From a virus (Duplodnaviria; Heunggongvirae; Uroviricota; Caudoviricetes), in the IMG/VR virus record IMGVR_UViG_3300043436_001089: a stretch of 25,135 nucleotides of DNA. One strand, written 5' to 3'. The translations under genes and the position numbers were made by a program. This document shows, piece after piece, positions 1-7,691 of this stretch. Below the pieces are notes generated by a model. It was given only the letters and a program-made list of their open reading frames with translations. It searched no databases and was not told the origin of the DNA. Each line of letters opens with the position of its first letter. The stretch's first letter is position 1.

Positions 1-37
1 TAATCATTACATAGACAGTTAACTAAAGGACTCAGAA

Positions 38-253
38 ATGGCAAACTACTCAATGTACACAGGTTTTGGTAACGATGCAGTTGACGCAATTGTGCGTAGT
101 GCTAAAGTACTCAAAATGGAATGGCCCGCTGTTCTTGCTGAACTCCAATCTTTGGCTGAGCGTTTCCCCGAAGACTTCGGCGAAGCTACTGACACCGCAG
201 TCCGTGAATGTGTCTATCACGCACTTGATTTTGACACCCCCTTCTATATTTGA
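38..253 (+). CDS. small hypothetical early protein (71 aa)
   Basis: ORF with AAGGA RBS upstream; leader resembles the repeated early cassette; stop TGA lies inside the next TTGACA. Confidence 0.8.
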   Translation: MANYSMYTGFGNDAVDAIVRSAKVLKMEWPAVLAELQSLAERFPEDFGEATDTAVRECVYHALDFDTPFYI

Positions 254-278
254 CAATAAATCCAAACTCTGATACAAT
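250..278 (+). promoter_or_regulatory. sigma70-type early promoter
   Basis: TTGACA(250-255), 17 nt, TACAAT(273-278), with TGn extended -10. Confidence 0.8.
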
Positions 279-310
279 ACTTGTATTGACACTGAAACAC
301 TGGAACTAAA

Positions 311-514
311 ATGACATTGACTAAATTCATCGAAAATCTTCAGAAACTTCAAGCCGAAGGTCATGGCGATAAGGAAGTTTTCTATCGTCACGGCGCCTCA
401 GGTGATTGTGGTCCATTGTCCTCAGCATTCATTTCGGATGAGGTAGATAGTGATTGTGGTCCATTTGACCTAGACGAAGGTCAAGAGTATGTTTCTATCT
501 ACGCTGGCAACTAA
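311..514 (+). CDS. small acidic hypothetical protein (67 aa)
   Basis: ORF directly downstream of promoter, GGA RBS; internal DCGP duplication. Confidence 0.75.
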   Translation: MTLTKFIENLQKLQAEGHGDKEVFYRHGASGDCGPLSSAFISDEVDSDCGPFDLDEGQEYVSIYAGN

Positions 515-537
515 TTAACACACCCAGGAATTTTTAA

Positions 538-2703
538 ATGATTATCAACGCCGCACCCCAAAACGAAGCAATCATGTCCAACGTGGGCGAGATTGGTGAG
601 TTCCGCATTCGTAATAGTGCGAAGGCTTTCAACATTCTGTCCTCAGGTTTGTATGCAAACAAAATCCGAGCAATCGTCCGAGAATTGTCCTGCAACGCTG
701 TTGACTCACATACGGCAGCTGGCAAACAAAACACCCCCTTTGATGTTCACTTGCCCAACAGTCTCGAACCCTGGTTCTCAATCCGAGACTATGGTACTGG
801 TCTGTCACACGACCAAGTCACTAACATCTACACCACTTACTTTGAAAGTACTAAAACAGCGTCCAATGAATTCATCGGCGCACTTGGTCTGGGATCCAAG
901 AGTCCTTTCTCTTACACTGACAACTTCACCGTTACAGCGATTAAAGACGGTGTTAAAGGTATTTACACAGCCTTCATCAACGAACAAGGTGTCCCGTCTA
1001 TCGCTAAAATGATGGATGAACAAACTACTGATCCAGCTGGTGTTGAGGTTCGTTTTGCTGTGGAAGAACGTTACGACTTTGACAAGTTCCGTCAAGAGGC
1101 AAAGTCTGTTTACGAATACTTCAAACTGCGCCCAGTAATTTCTGGCAACCAAGAGTTTAAGTTTAAGGATCCTGAGTACAAGGAAAAAGATATCATCCCG
1201 GGTGTTCATTACTCCGGCGAGGGTCATGGTCGCAATTCTTACGCTATCATGGGTAACATCAAGTATCCGATCGATGTGCCTAACGCTGATAAGGCTCTCG
1301 GTGGTCTGCAAGGTCTGTTGAGTTGCGGTCTGGTTATGGAGTTCAACATTGGTGAACTTGACTTCCAAGCTTCACGTGAAGGTCTGTCGTACATCCCACA
1401 AACAATTGATGCTATCAAAAACAAATTGGTAGCATTGAACGGTCAACTGGCTATTCATATCGCACAAGAGGCTGACAAGATCACCAACTTGTGGGAACGT
1501 GCTGATTATTTGGAAAAGCGTTATGCTGAACATTTGTTCAGTCAGGCAGTGACCAAGTATGTTACTGATACAAAGTTTGAATTGTACTCTCCACAGCACA
1601 GTCGTTGGAATGCAAAGAAGACTTTCAAGTTTGAAGTAAAGAATTTGGCAAGTACTTATAACATTGCACTGCGCGGTTTCAGTAAGAGCCGTAGCTACAA
1701 TGCATGTTCTACAATCAAACCAACTCATTCATACGACAATGTGAGTGGACAGACTGTATACCACGATGACTGGGAAATTACTGTTAGTCCTGACGTGCAT
1801 TTTGTTATCAACGATACCAAAGTCGGTGCTACTGAACGTGCAAAACATCACTGGAAGACTTCGGCTGACATTAGCAACCGATATAGCTCTAGTGTGTATG
1901 TGATTGAGGCTGCTGACAAATCTAAGCCAATTGATACTAAAGCTTTCTTCACTGCATTGTCTAACCCACCTGAAGGTAAAATCTTCCAAGCAAGTTCATT
2001 GCTTGAAAAAGAACGTGCAGGTGGTATGGGTCAGAACGTTACTATCATGCGACTGGAAGAAGGTCGTAGTCGTGGTTGGCGTGATCGTGCTGAAATGGTA
2101 TGGCGTGATGGTGGCAAGGCTGGCTCATTTGATGCTAAACAAACTTATTACTACTTGCCACTGAGCGGTTACAAGAACCTCGGTACAGTTGAGGATATCA
2201 AGAGTTTGGAAGTTCACTTGCGTACTAGTGGTATCTACACAGATCATATCTACGGCGTGCGTAAAGGTGATATCGAAAATATCAAGGCTCAAAAGAACTG
2301 GGTTAACCTTGACGAACATGTTAAGGGTAAGTTGGCACTGTTGGGTCAAAGTGATGTGATGGGTTTGGTCAAACAAAGTATTGACTGGAAAGAACTTTAC
2401 CAGTATAATGCTACTAAGCATATTGCAGATAAAGCTAGTCCTTATATTGTGTTGTTCAACACTTTCAAGGATGTGAAAGAATCTGACCAGAAGAAGCGTC
2501 AGAGTTTGGAATGGTTGTGCCGACAGTACAAAGTTGCAACGTCAACAAACATTGACCCAGCAACGTTGATTGATAAGTACAACAAAGAAGTTGAAGCAAT
2601 TTATAAGCGTTACCCGCTTATCAAAGGCATCAGCAGACATAGCACAGAGGGTAAAGACCTCGCTGAGTACATTAATTTGATTGACCAGACTAAAGGAGTC
2701 TAA
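538..2703 (+). CDS. rIIA: rIIA-like protein with N-terminal GHKL/HATPase domain
   Basis: 721 aa; GHKL motifs ELSCNAVDSH, IRDYGTGLS, GALGLGSKSPFSY, and GELDFQASREGLSY; followed by an rIIB-like gene; AGGA RBS. Confidence 0.88.
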   Translation: MIINAAPQNEAIMSNVGEIGEFRIRNSAKAFNILSSGLYANKIRAIVRELSCNAVDSHTAAGKQNTPFDVHLPNSLEPWFSIRDYGTGLSHDQVTNIYTTYFESTKTASNEFIGALGLGSKSPFSYTDNFTVTAIKDGVKGIYTAFINEQGVPSIAKMMDEQTTDPAGVEVRFAVEERYDFDKFRQEAKSVYEYFKLRPVISGNQEFKFKDPEYKEKDIIPGVHYSGEGHGRNSYAIMGNIKYPIDVPNADKALGGLQGLLSCGLVMEFNIGELDFQASREGLSYIPQTIDAIKNKLVALNGQLAIHIAQEADKITNLWERADYLEKRYAEHLFSQAVTKYVTDTKFELYSPQHSRWNAKKTFKFEVKNLASTYNIALRGFSKSRSYNACSTIKPTHSYDNVSGQTVYHDDWEITVSPDVHFVINDTKVGATERAKHHWKTSADISNRYSSSVYVIEAADKSKPIDTKAFFTALSNPPEGKIFQASSLLEKERAGGMGQNVTIMRLEEGRSRGWRDRAEMVWRDGGKAGSFDAKQTYYYLPLSGYKNLGTVEDIKSLEVHLRTSGIYTDHIYGVRKGDIENIKAQKNWVNLDEHVKGKLALLGQSDVMGLVKQSIDWKELYQYNATKHIADKASPYIVLFNTFKDVKESDQKKRQSLEWLCRQYKVATSTNIDPATLIDKYNKEVEAIYKRYPLIKGISRHSTEGKDLAEYINLIDQTKGV

Positions 2704-2841
2704 ATGGACATTGAGAAAGAAGCAAAGGCGGCTCAGAAACGACTCGCCAAGTATATTGATAAGTTGACTGAGAAGGCAAAAGCCGACACAGCAAAAGATT
2801 TTGAACAAGCACGTAAAAAACTGAAAATTGAAGGAAAATAA
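2704..2841 (+). CDS. 45-aa Lys/Ala/Glu-rich helical protein between rIIA and rIIB (not in ORF track)
   Basis: MDIEKEAKAAQKRLAKYIDKLTEKAKADTAKDFEQARKKLKIEGK; AAGGAG RBS; fills the intergenic gap. Confidence 0.65.
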   Translation: MDIEKEAKAAQKRLAKYIDKLTEKAKADTAKDFEQARKKLKIEGK

Positions 2842-2842
2842 A

Positions 2843-3898
2843 ATGAGCTATCCGTTTATCATGCAGGGCAACAGCATTACAGTTGTTATCGGTTCTAAGC
2901 CCCACACAATCTCTAAGAGCCACATTACTTTCCAAAAGGTTCTTGACGCTATCAAAGCACAAGACTGGAACTTGGTTAAAGACATTATCGAACCTGTCAA
3001 AGTTGTTCTCAACTATGGCAAGGGCAACGTAAGTGTCCAAGGTGAGGAATTGTTCTGGAAAGGTAAGCCAATGCACAACGCATTGTCTAACCGAATGATT
3101 GCAATGTTGCAAGAAGGCTTCCCCGTTGAACCTCTGGTCAACTTTATGGAAAACTTGATGACTAACCCATCTAAGCGGGCAGTCACTGAGTTGTATGGCT
3201 TCTTGGAAAAGAACAGTTTGCCAATCACTCCCGATGGTTGCTTCTTGGCTTACAAGAAAGTTCGTAATGACTTCTTGGACATTCACAGCGGCACTATGGA
3301 CAACAGTGTTGGTAAGATTGTTGAAATGGAACGCAACGAAGTTGATGACAACAAGGATCAAACTTGTTCAACTGGTTTGCACTTCTGTTCACAAGACTAT
3401 CTGCCACACTTTGGTAATGGTTACGATAGCCGTGTTGTTATCTTGAAGATCAACCCTGCTGATGTGGTCTCTATCCCTAGCGACTACAACAACGCTAAGG
3501 GTCGTGCATGTCGTTACGAAGTTGTCGGCGAAATCGGCAACGATGGTGACAAGATTGACAATGCTTTCAACAAGCCTGTACAGTCTAACGCTAGTAACAA
3601 CATTGCTAAGCCAGTTACCCCGGTAGCAAAAGCACCAAAGACTGGTTCTAGTGAATTCTATCGTGGTTACACTGATGGATATGAAAGTAGGGAGTTTTCT
3701 CCTGGTTTCAAATTCAACAAGGACTATCAAGAAGGCTTTGATAAAGGTGAGACCGATGCAGACTGGGAAGATGGTCCTCGCTATCAGTATGTGAGTACAC
3801 CGGCAGGTTGGACTCGACACAGTGATGGTAAAGTAAGTCCTCCACCAGGAACTACTTTTAATGCACAAAGTGGTGCATGGCCCTTCCCAACTAAGTAA
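2843..3898 (+). CDS. rIIB: rIIB-like protein
   Basis: start trimmed to MSYPF; motifs LYGFLE, ITPDGCFLAYKKV, DNSVGKIVEM, CSTGLHFCSQDY, VKINPADVVSIP-like (LKINPADVVSIP), KGRACRYEVV; downstream of rIIA. Confidence 0.88.
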   Translation: MSYPFIMQGNSITVVIGSKPHTISKSHITFQKVLDAIKAQDWNLVKDIIEPVKVVLNYGKGNVSVQGEELFWKGKPMHNALSNRMIAMLQEGFPVEPLVNFMENLMTNPSKRAVTELYGFLEKNSLPITPDGCFLAYKKVRNDFLDIHSGTMDNSVGKIVEMERNEVDDNKDQTCSTGLHFCSQDYLPHFGNGYDSRVVILKINPADVVSIPSDYNNAKGRACRYEVVGEIGNDGDKIDNAFNKPVQSNASNNIAKPVTPVAKAPKTGSSEFYRGYTDGYESREFSPGFKFNKDYQEGFDKGETDADWEDGPRYQYVSTPAGWTRHSDGKVSPPPGTTFNAQSGAWPFPTK

Positions 3899-3916
3899 TA
3901 CTTAGTACTACAAATT

Positions 3917-3939
3917 AGCCCCTTAAACGGGGCTTTTTT
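3917..3939 (+). terminator. intrinsic terminator after rIIB
   Basis: AGCCCC-TTAAAC-GGGGCT followed by a T run. Confidence 0.8.
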
Positions 3940-3944
3940 GTGGC

Positions 3945-3973
3945 TTGACAATAAATGGATTTGGGCATATAAT
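3945..3973 (+). promoter_or_regulatory. sigma70-type early promoter
   Basis: TTGACA, 17 nt, TATAAT. Confidence 0.85.
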
Positions 3974-4004
3974 ACATGTATTGAATCAGAAAACGGAGTA
4001 CGAA

Positions 4005-4382
4005 ATGGCACGAGAAACAGTAGCACAGCGAAATGCACGATACGCCCAAGAGCGTGAGACATACCTTGCAAACCAAGTTGCTGAATATCCACAGCGCCTC
4101 ATGCTTGCTCTGGCACGTGCTACAAAAGCATACTTTGAACTTACAGTGAGCGATAACAGGTTCCAACTTAGAAATGTTAATGATCGTTATGATTCCGTAG
4201 TGTCTTTGGCATATGCTCACAGCCCCAACAGTCAAGAACAGTTAGAATCGTTGGAATATGATCTGGATAGTTACGAAAAGAGATTAGCAGAAGCCCAGCG
4301 TCTCCGTGAAGTAAAGGCAGAGGCATTGCGTAAGGTCAATGAATTGTTGACTGCCGAAGAACGTGAATTGTTGAATTTGTGA
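4005..4382 (+). CDS. hypothetical helical/coiled-coil protein (125 aa)
   Basis: start trimmed to MARETV (GGAG RBS, downstream of promoter). Confidence 0.75.
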   Translation: MARETVAQRNARYAQERETYLANQVAEYPQRLMLALARATKAYFELTVSDNRFQLRNVNDRYDSVVSLAYAHSPNSQEQLESLEYDLDSYEKRLAEAQRLREVKAEALRKVNELLTAEERELLNL

Positions 4383-4573
4383 TGAATATAAAAATGACTA
4401 CTTACGAACGCATTGCCGAGAAACTACTGAAGGGTCAGCCCAAGGCAAAGAGATTCGGTCTATTCGACGGTAAGCGTTTTTGGACAGGAACACAAAGCCT
4501 GCACCGAACAAAACAGTCAAGAATTTGGCGACTTTTTTGGCGATTAAAGCAAAATCGTATGCCCAAAATTTGA
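4379..4573 (+). CDS. small basic hypothetical protein; start uncertain (4379, 4382 or 4394)
   Basis: start overlaps the upstream stop; stop lies inside the next -35 box. Confidence 0.55.
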   Translation: MMNIKMTTYERIAEKLLKGQPKAKRFGLFDGKRFWTGTQSLHRTKQSRIWRLFWRLKQNRMPKI

Positions 4574-4598
4574 CATTTAATCCATTTGGTTGTATAAT
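4570..4598 (+). promoter_or_regulatory. sigma70-type early promoter
   Basis: TTGACA, 17 nt, TATAAT. Confidence 0.8.
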
Positions 4599-4631
4599 AG
4601 ATACATAGACAGCAAACAAACAGGACTTGAA

Positions 4632-4859
4632 ATGAAAACACAATTGCAAGCTGAAATGAAACGCATTCGTGACCTGTTGCCCACAGAGTTGTTTGAAGGC
4701 AGCAAGGACTGGCGTGAAGGTAACACAGTTGAGCGCATTGAATGGTTGTTGAGTATGTACGAAAGTTCAAAGCAAGAAGTTGAGCGTTTGGAAAAGCTGG
4801 TTGACGATATTGAAGATGACCTTGCTTCCGAAAGACAATTTAACTTTGATCGGACTTGA
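4632..4859 (+). CDS. hypothetical coiled-coil protein (75 aa)
   Basis: start trimmed to MKTQLQ (AGGA RBS). Confidence 0.75.
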   Translation: MKTQLQAEMKRIRDLLPTELFEGSKDWREGNTVERIEWLLSMYESSKQEVERLEKLVDDIEDDLASERQFNFDRT

Positions 4860-4884
4860 CGAAAAAAGTAAAGTCTGATATAAT
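4856..4884 (+). promoter_or_regulatory. sigma70-type promoter of the NadM-Nudix/macrodomain operon
   Basis: TTGACG, 17 nt, TATAAT, with TGn extended -10. Confidence 0.75.
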
Positions 4885-4900
4885 AAGATAAATAAAACAA

Positions 4901-4948
4901 AGCAACGAGATAGACTCCGCGCTGACATTATTGAAAGGATTTTTCAAT
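4901..4948 (+). promoter_or_regulatory. putative structured 5' leader (ATAGA-loop hairpin plus SD hairpin), copy 1
   Basis: AGC-AAC-GAG-ATAGA-CTC-CGC-GCT (4901-4923); ATTGAAA-GGATT-TTTCAAT (4930-4948) covers SD and start. Confidence 0.5.
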
Positions 4949-5273
4949 GTCTAAATTAACTCTCTTCGCCATCGAAGAAAAAATCAAACAACATGAGCAA
5001 GGTCTCAAAGACTTGCAAGCCCAACTGATTGAGGCTAAACTCGAATCTCCAGATCACCAACTTGCCAAAGAGTTGCATAGTTTGCTTTGCTATCAGAACC
5101 ATACTGATGGTTGCGGTTGGCACTATGAATATAAAAACAAAAAAGATGACTGGACAGGTTATGCTCACACTGAGTATTTGAAAAAAGCACAGAAAATGAT
5201 CTGCCATTGTGAAGAACATGGCATGGATATTGCTTCTACTCTTACAGCATTCAAATTGATTCGAGGTTACTAA
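4947..5273 (+). CDS. hypothetical protein with H-x3-C-x3-H-x3-C putative metal-binding motif
   Basis: LHSLLCYQNHTDGCGW; AAGGA RBS. Confidence 0.75.
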   Translation: MSKLTLFAIEEKIKQHEQGLKDLQAQLIEAKLESPDHQLAKELHSLLCYQNHTDGCGWHYEYKNKKDDWTGYAHTEYLKKAQKMICHCEEHGMDIASTLTAFKLIRGY

Positions 5274-5274
5274 T

Positions 5275-5463
5275 ATGACAAAACAATACGAAATCACTGT
5301 CAAGATTTTGGTCACCGTGCCCAATGACAATAGTTTGGGTATGAACGCGGATCAATGGGCCGGCAAAATTGCGGGCGACTGGGCAAACATGGCGCTGACT
5401 TACAGAAACATCGGTGCTGACGAAGTTGTGGAAGTAACTGCTAAGGAGGCAGAAAATGTCTAA
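5275..5463 (+). CDS. small hypothetical protein (62 aa)
   Basis: tightly packed in the operon, overlaps the next start. Confidence 0.7.
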   Translation: MTKQYEITVKILVTVPNDNSLGMNADQWAGKIAGDWANMALTYRNIGADEVVEVTAKEAENV

Positions 5464-6478
5464 AAAATACGATACACTTGTCCTCATTGGACGCTTTCAA
5501 CCCTTACACAATGCTCACCTTGAGATTATCAAACGTGCCACAGCATTGACTGACCAATTGGTTATCATCACCGGTTCTGCCGCACAGCCCCGCACTTACA
5601 AAAACCCCTTCACTAGCAAAGAACGTGCTAGCATGATTAAGGACGCTACTCGCGGTCTTAACATGCATGTTTATGTTGAAGAAAATATTGACACCATCTA
5701 CAACGACCAAGCTTGGGCTATTCGTGTTCAAGGCATCGTTAGTAAATATCGTGTACTCGGTGGTAAAGGTGTAGGCATCATTGGTCACAAGAAAGATGAC
5801 TCTAGTTTCTACCTCGACATGTTCCCTCAATGGGGTTACGAGAATGTGGAACTGATTGAATTCTTGAGTGCGGTTGACATTCGTGACCTGTATTTCAAGC
5901 GTGAAGTCAATATGAAATTCATTAAAGGTGTTGTGCCTGAATCAACATTTGATTTCTTGGATGAATTCCGTATCACACCCGAGTATGAGCAAATCATCAA
6001 GGAGCGTGAGTTCGTGGCTAACTACAAAAAACAATATGCTAGTCTGCCATATCCCCCAATCTTCTCTACTGCGGATAGTGTAGTGATTCAGTCGGGTCAT
6101 GTGTTGATGATTAAACGCCGTAGCGAACCTGGTAAAGGCTTGTGGGCATTGCCCGGTGGTTATGTTAATGCTAACACTGACAAGACTGTACTGGATGCGG
6201 CCATTCGTGAACTGCGTGAAGAAACATTAATCAAAGTGCCCGGTCCTGTACTGCGTGGTAGTATTGTTGATAACCGTGTGTTTGATGCTGTGGATCGTAG
6301 CCCACGTGGTCGTATCATTACACACTGTTTCAAAATCGTATTGCCTGATGGTGAACTGCCAAAAGTAAAAGGCAGTGACGATGCTGAAAAAGCACGATGG
6401 GTTCCTATCGCAGAAGTGCGTAGTGAAGAATGTTTTGAAGACCACTATGACATGGTCATGTGGGCAGTTGGAGCTTGA
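5456..6478 (+). CDS. nadM: bifunctional NMN adenylyltransferase / Nudix (ADP-ribose pyrophosphatase), NadM-Nudix/NatV type
   Basis: N-terminal IGRFQPLHNAH nucleotidyltransferase motif, IITGSA..KNPFT; C-terminal Nudix box WALPGG...AAIRELREET and GSDDAEKARW; AAGGAGG RBS. Confidence 0.9.
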   Translation: MSKKYDTLVLIGRFQPLHNAHLEIIKRATALTDQLVIITGSAAQPRTYKNPFTSKERASMIKDATRGLNMHVYVEENIDTIYNDQAWAIRVQGIVSKYRVLGGKGVGIIGHKKDDSSFYLDMFPQWGYENVELIEFLSAVDIRDLYFKREVNMKFIKGVVPESTFDFLDEFRITPEYEQIIKEREFVANYKKQYASLPYPPIFSTADSVVIQSGHVLMIKRRSEPGKGLWALPGGYVNANTDKTVLDAAIRELREETLIKVPGPVLRGSIVDNRVFDAVDRSPRGRIITHCFKIVLPDGELPKVKGSDDAEKARWVPIAEVRSEECFEDHYDMVMWAVGA

Positions 6479-6479
6479 T

Positions 6480-6692
6480 ATGAATGAACGAATTCGACAA
6501 CTTGCCCGTGATTCATACATGGTCGAAGTGGTGTGTAGCCAGAAATCCGTCAAGGTCAACTACCCCAAGAACTTTGAAAAGTTCGCCGAGTTGATTGTCA
6601 GGGAATGTTATCTGTGGGCCAAAGAAAATGGTGGCCTGGGCTGTGAGGAAGATTTTGAAGCGTTAAAAGAACATTTCGGAGTTGAAGAATGA
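6480..6692 (+). CDS. small hypothetical of the MNERI...EKFAELIVREC...EHFGVEE type recalled from freshwater phages
   Basis: start trimmed to MNERIRQLA; family recognised from memory only. Confidence 0.7.
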   Translation: MNERIRQLARDSYMVEVVCSQKSVKVNYPKNFEKFAELIVRECYLWAKENGGLGCEEDFEALKEHFGVEE

Positions 6693-6874
6693 CAACAATA
6701 CCTTACGAACAATTAGAATACGGACCAATGGACGAAATTGATGCGGCTATTTGGAATGGCGATATGTTTCACAATCGTGATAACATTCGGGAATTTCGTG
6801 ATATGATGGCACGGTGGGAACGCGGATTAAAAATGTGCGAAGACATACTAAACGAAGTACCGGAGAACGAATAA
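6689..6874 (+). CDS. small acidic hypothetical protein (61 aa)
   Basis: ATGA overlap with the upstream gene, GGAG RBS. Confidence 0.7.
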   Translation: MTTIPYEQLEYGPMDEIDAAIWNGDMFHNRDNIREFRDMMARWERGLKMCEDILNEVPENE

Positions 6875-7092
6875 TGAATGATGATATTTGTCTATCGTGT
6901 AAACATGGTGGCATTCACTATTGTCCGGATAAGAATGGTAATCCTATACCGAAAGGCAATCATTCATCCCCACCACCTGAATTACCAGACAGTGTAAATT
7001 TCTGGACATATATTTCTTGTAAGAAAAATTTTGGTCTGCCTAAGGCAGCCTACATCAACAAGTGCCCGCTGTGGCAATCAAAAGGAAAGTAA
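6874..7092 (+). CDS. Cys-rich hypothetical protein (72 aa)
   Basis: TAATG coupling at both ends; CLSCKH..HYC...C...C. Confidence 0.6.
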   Translation: MNDDICLSCKHGGIHYCPDKNGNPIPKGNHSSPPPELPDSVNFWTYISCKKNFGLPKAAYINKCPLWQSKGK

Positions 7093-7613
7093 TGAGACAC
7101 TATACAAACACTGATAACCCTGTTGACTTCCCAGTAACGGCATTGAAACACACTAAAGGTAATCTACTCGACCTAGCAGAAGCAGGCGAGTTTGATGTAG
7201 TTGTTCAAGGATGCAATTGCTTTAACACAATGGGTGGTGGTATCGCACGTGAGATTCGTGAACGCTATCCACATGTGGCAGAAGCAGATGCAGAAACCGT
7301 TCGTGGTGACTACAATAAGTTAGGCAACTGGACTAGAGCAGGAGTTGTTGAAGAACCAAAATATGCCTTCACAATTATTAACGCCTACACTCAGTTTGAC
7401 ATGAGCCAAGGTACTGATGTATTTGAATACATTGCATTTGAACTGATCCTTCAGAAGTTGGTTAGACTATACGGAAACTATTCTATTGGTCTACCCTACA
7501 TTGGTATGGGTCTGGCAGGTGGCGACAAAGATATCATCATCCCGATGATTGAATCGTTCGCTGAACAAGTTTCGGCTAAAGGTGGCACTGTCACTTTGGT
7601 CGAATTCGGTTGA
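7092..7613 (+). CDS. macrodomain (Appr-1-p processing / ADP-ribose binding) protein
   Basis: start trimmed to MRHY; KGNLL, VVQGCNCFNTMGGGIA, IINAYTQ, GLPYIGMGLAGGD motifs. Confidence 0.88.
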   Translation: MRHYTNTDNPVDFPVTALKHTKGNLLDLAEAGEFDVVVQGCNCFNTMGGGIAREIRERYPHVAEADAETVRGDYNKLGNWTRAGVVEEPKYAFTIINAYTQFDMSQGTDVFEYIAFELILQKLVRLYGNYSIGLPYIGMGLAGGDKDIIIPMIESFAEQVSAKGGTVTLVEFG

Positions 7614-7638
7614 CATTAAAATAGGTTAATGTTATACT
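7610..7638 (+). promoter_or_regulatory. sigma70-type promoter of NAMPT
   Basis: TTGACA, 17 nt, TATACT, with TGn extended -10. Confidence 0.8.
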
Positions 7639-7648
7639 GTATCTAAGT

Positions 7649-7691
7649 CCTAGCGATAGACGCAAGGCAATTTAAATAAAGGAACTTTATT
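7649..7691 (+). promoter_or_regulatory. putative structured 5' leader (ATAGA-loop hairpin plus SD hairpin), copy 2
   Basis: CCT-A-GCG-ATAGA-CGC-A-AGG (7649-7667); AATAAAG-GAA-CTTTATT (7675-7691) covers the SD just before ATG. Confidence 0.5.

Noticed and set aside
4887-4894. GATAAATA as a late promoter for the NAD operon
   Set aside because: It is a single match in a very A-rich leader directly behind a good sigma70 promoter and cannot be distinguished from chance.
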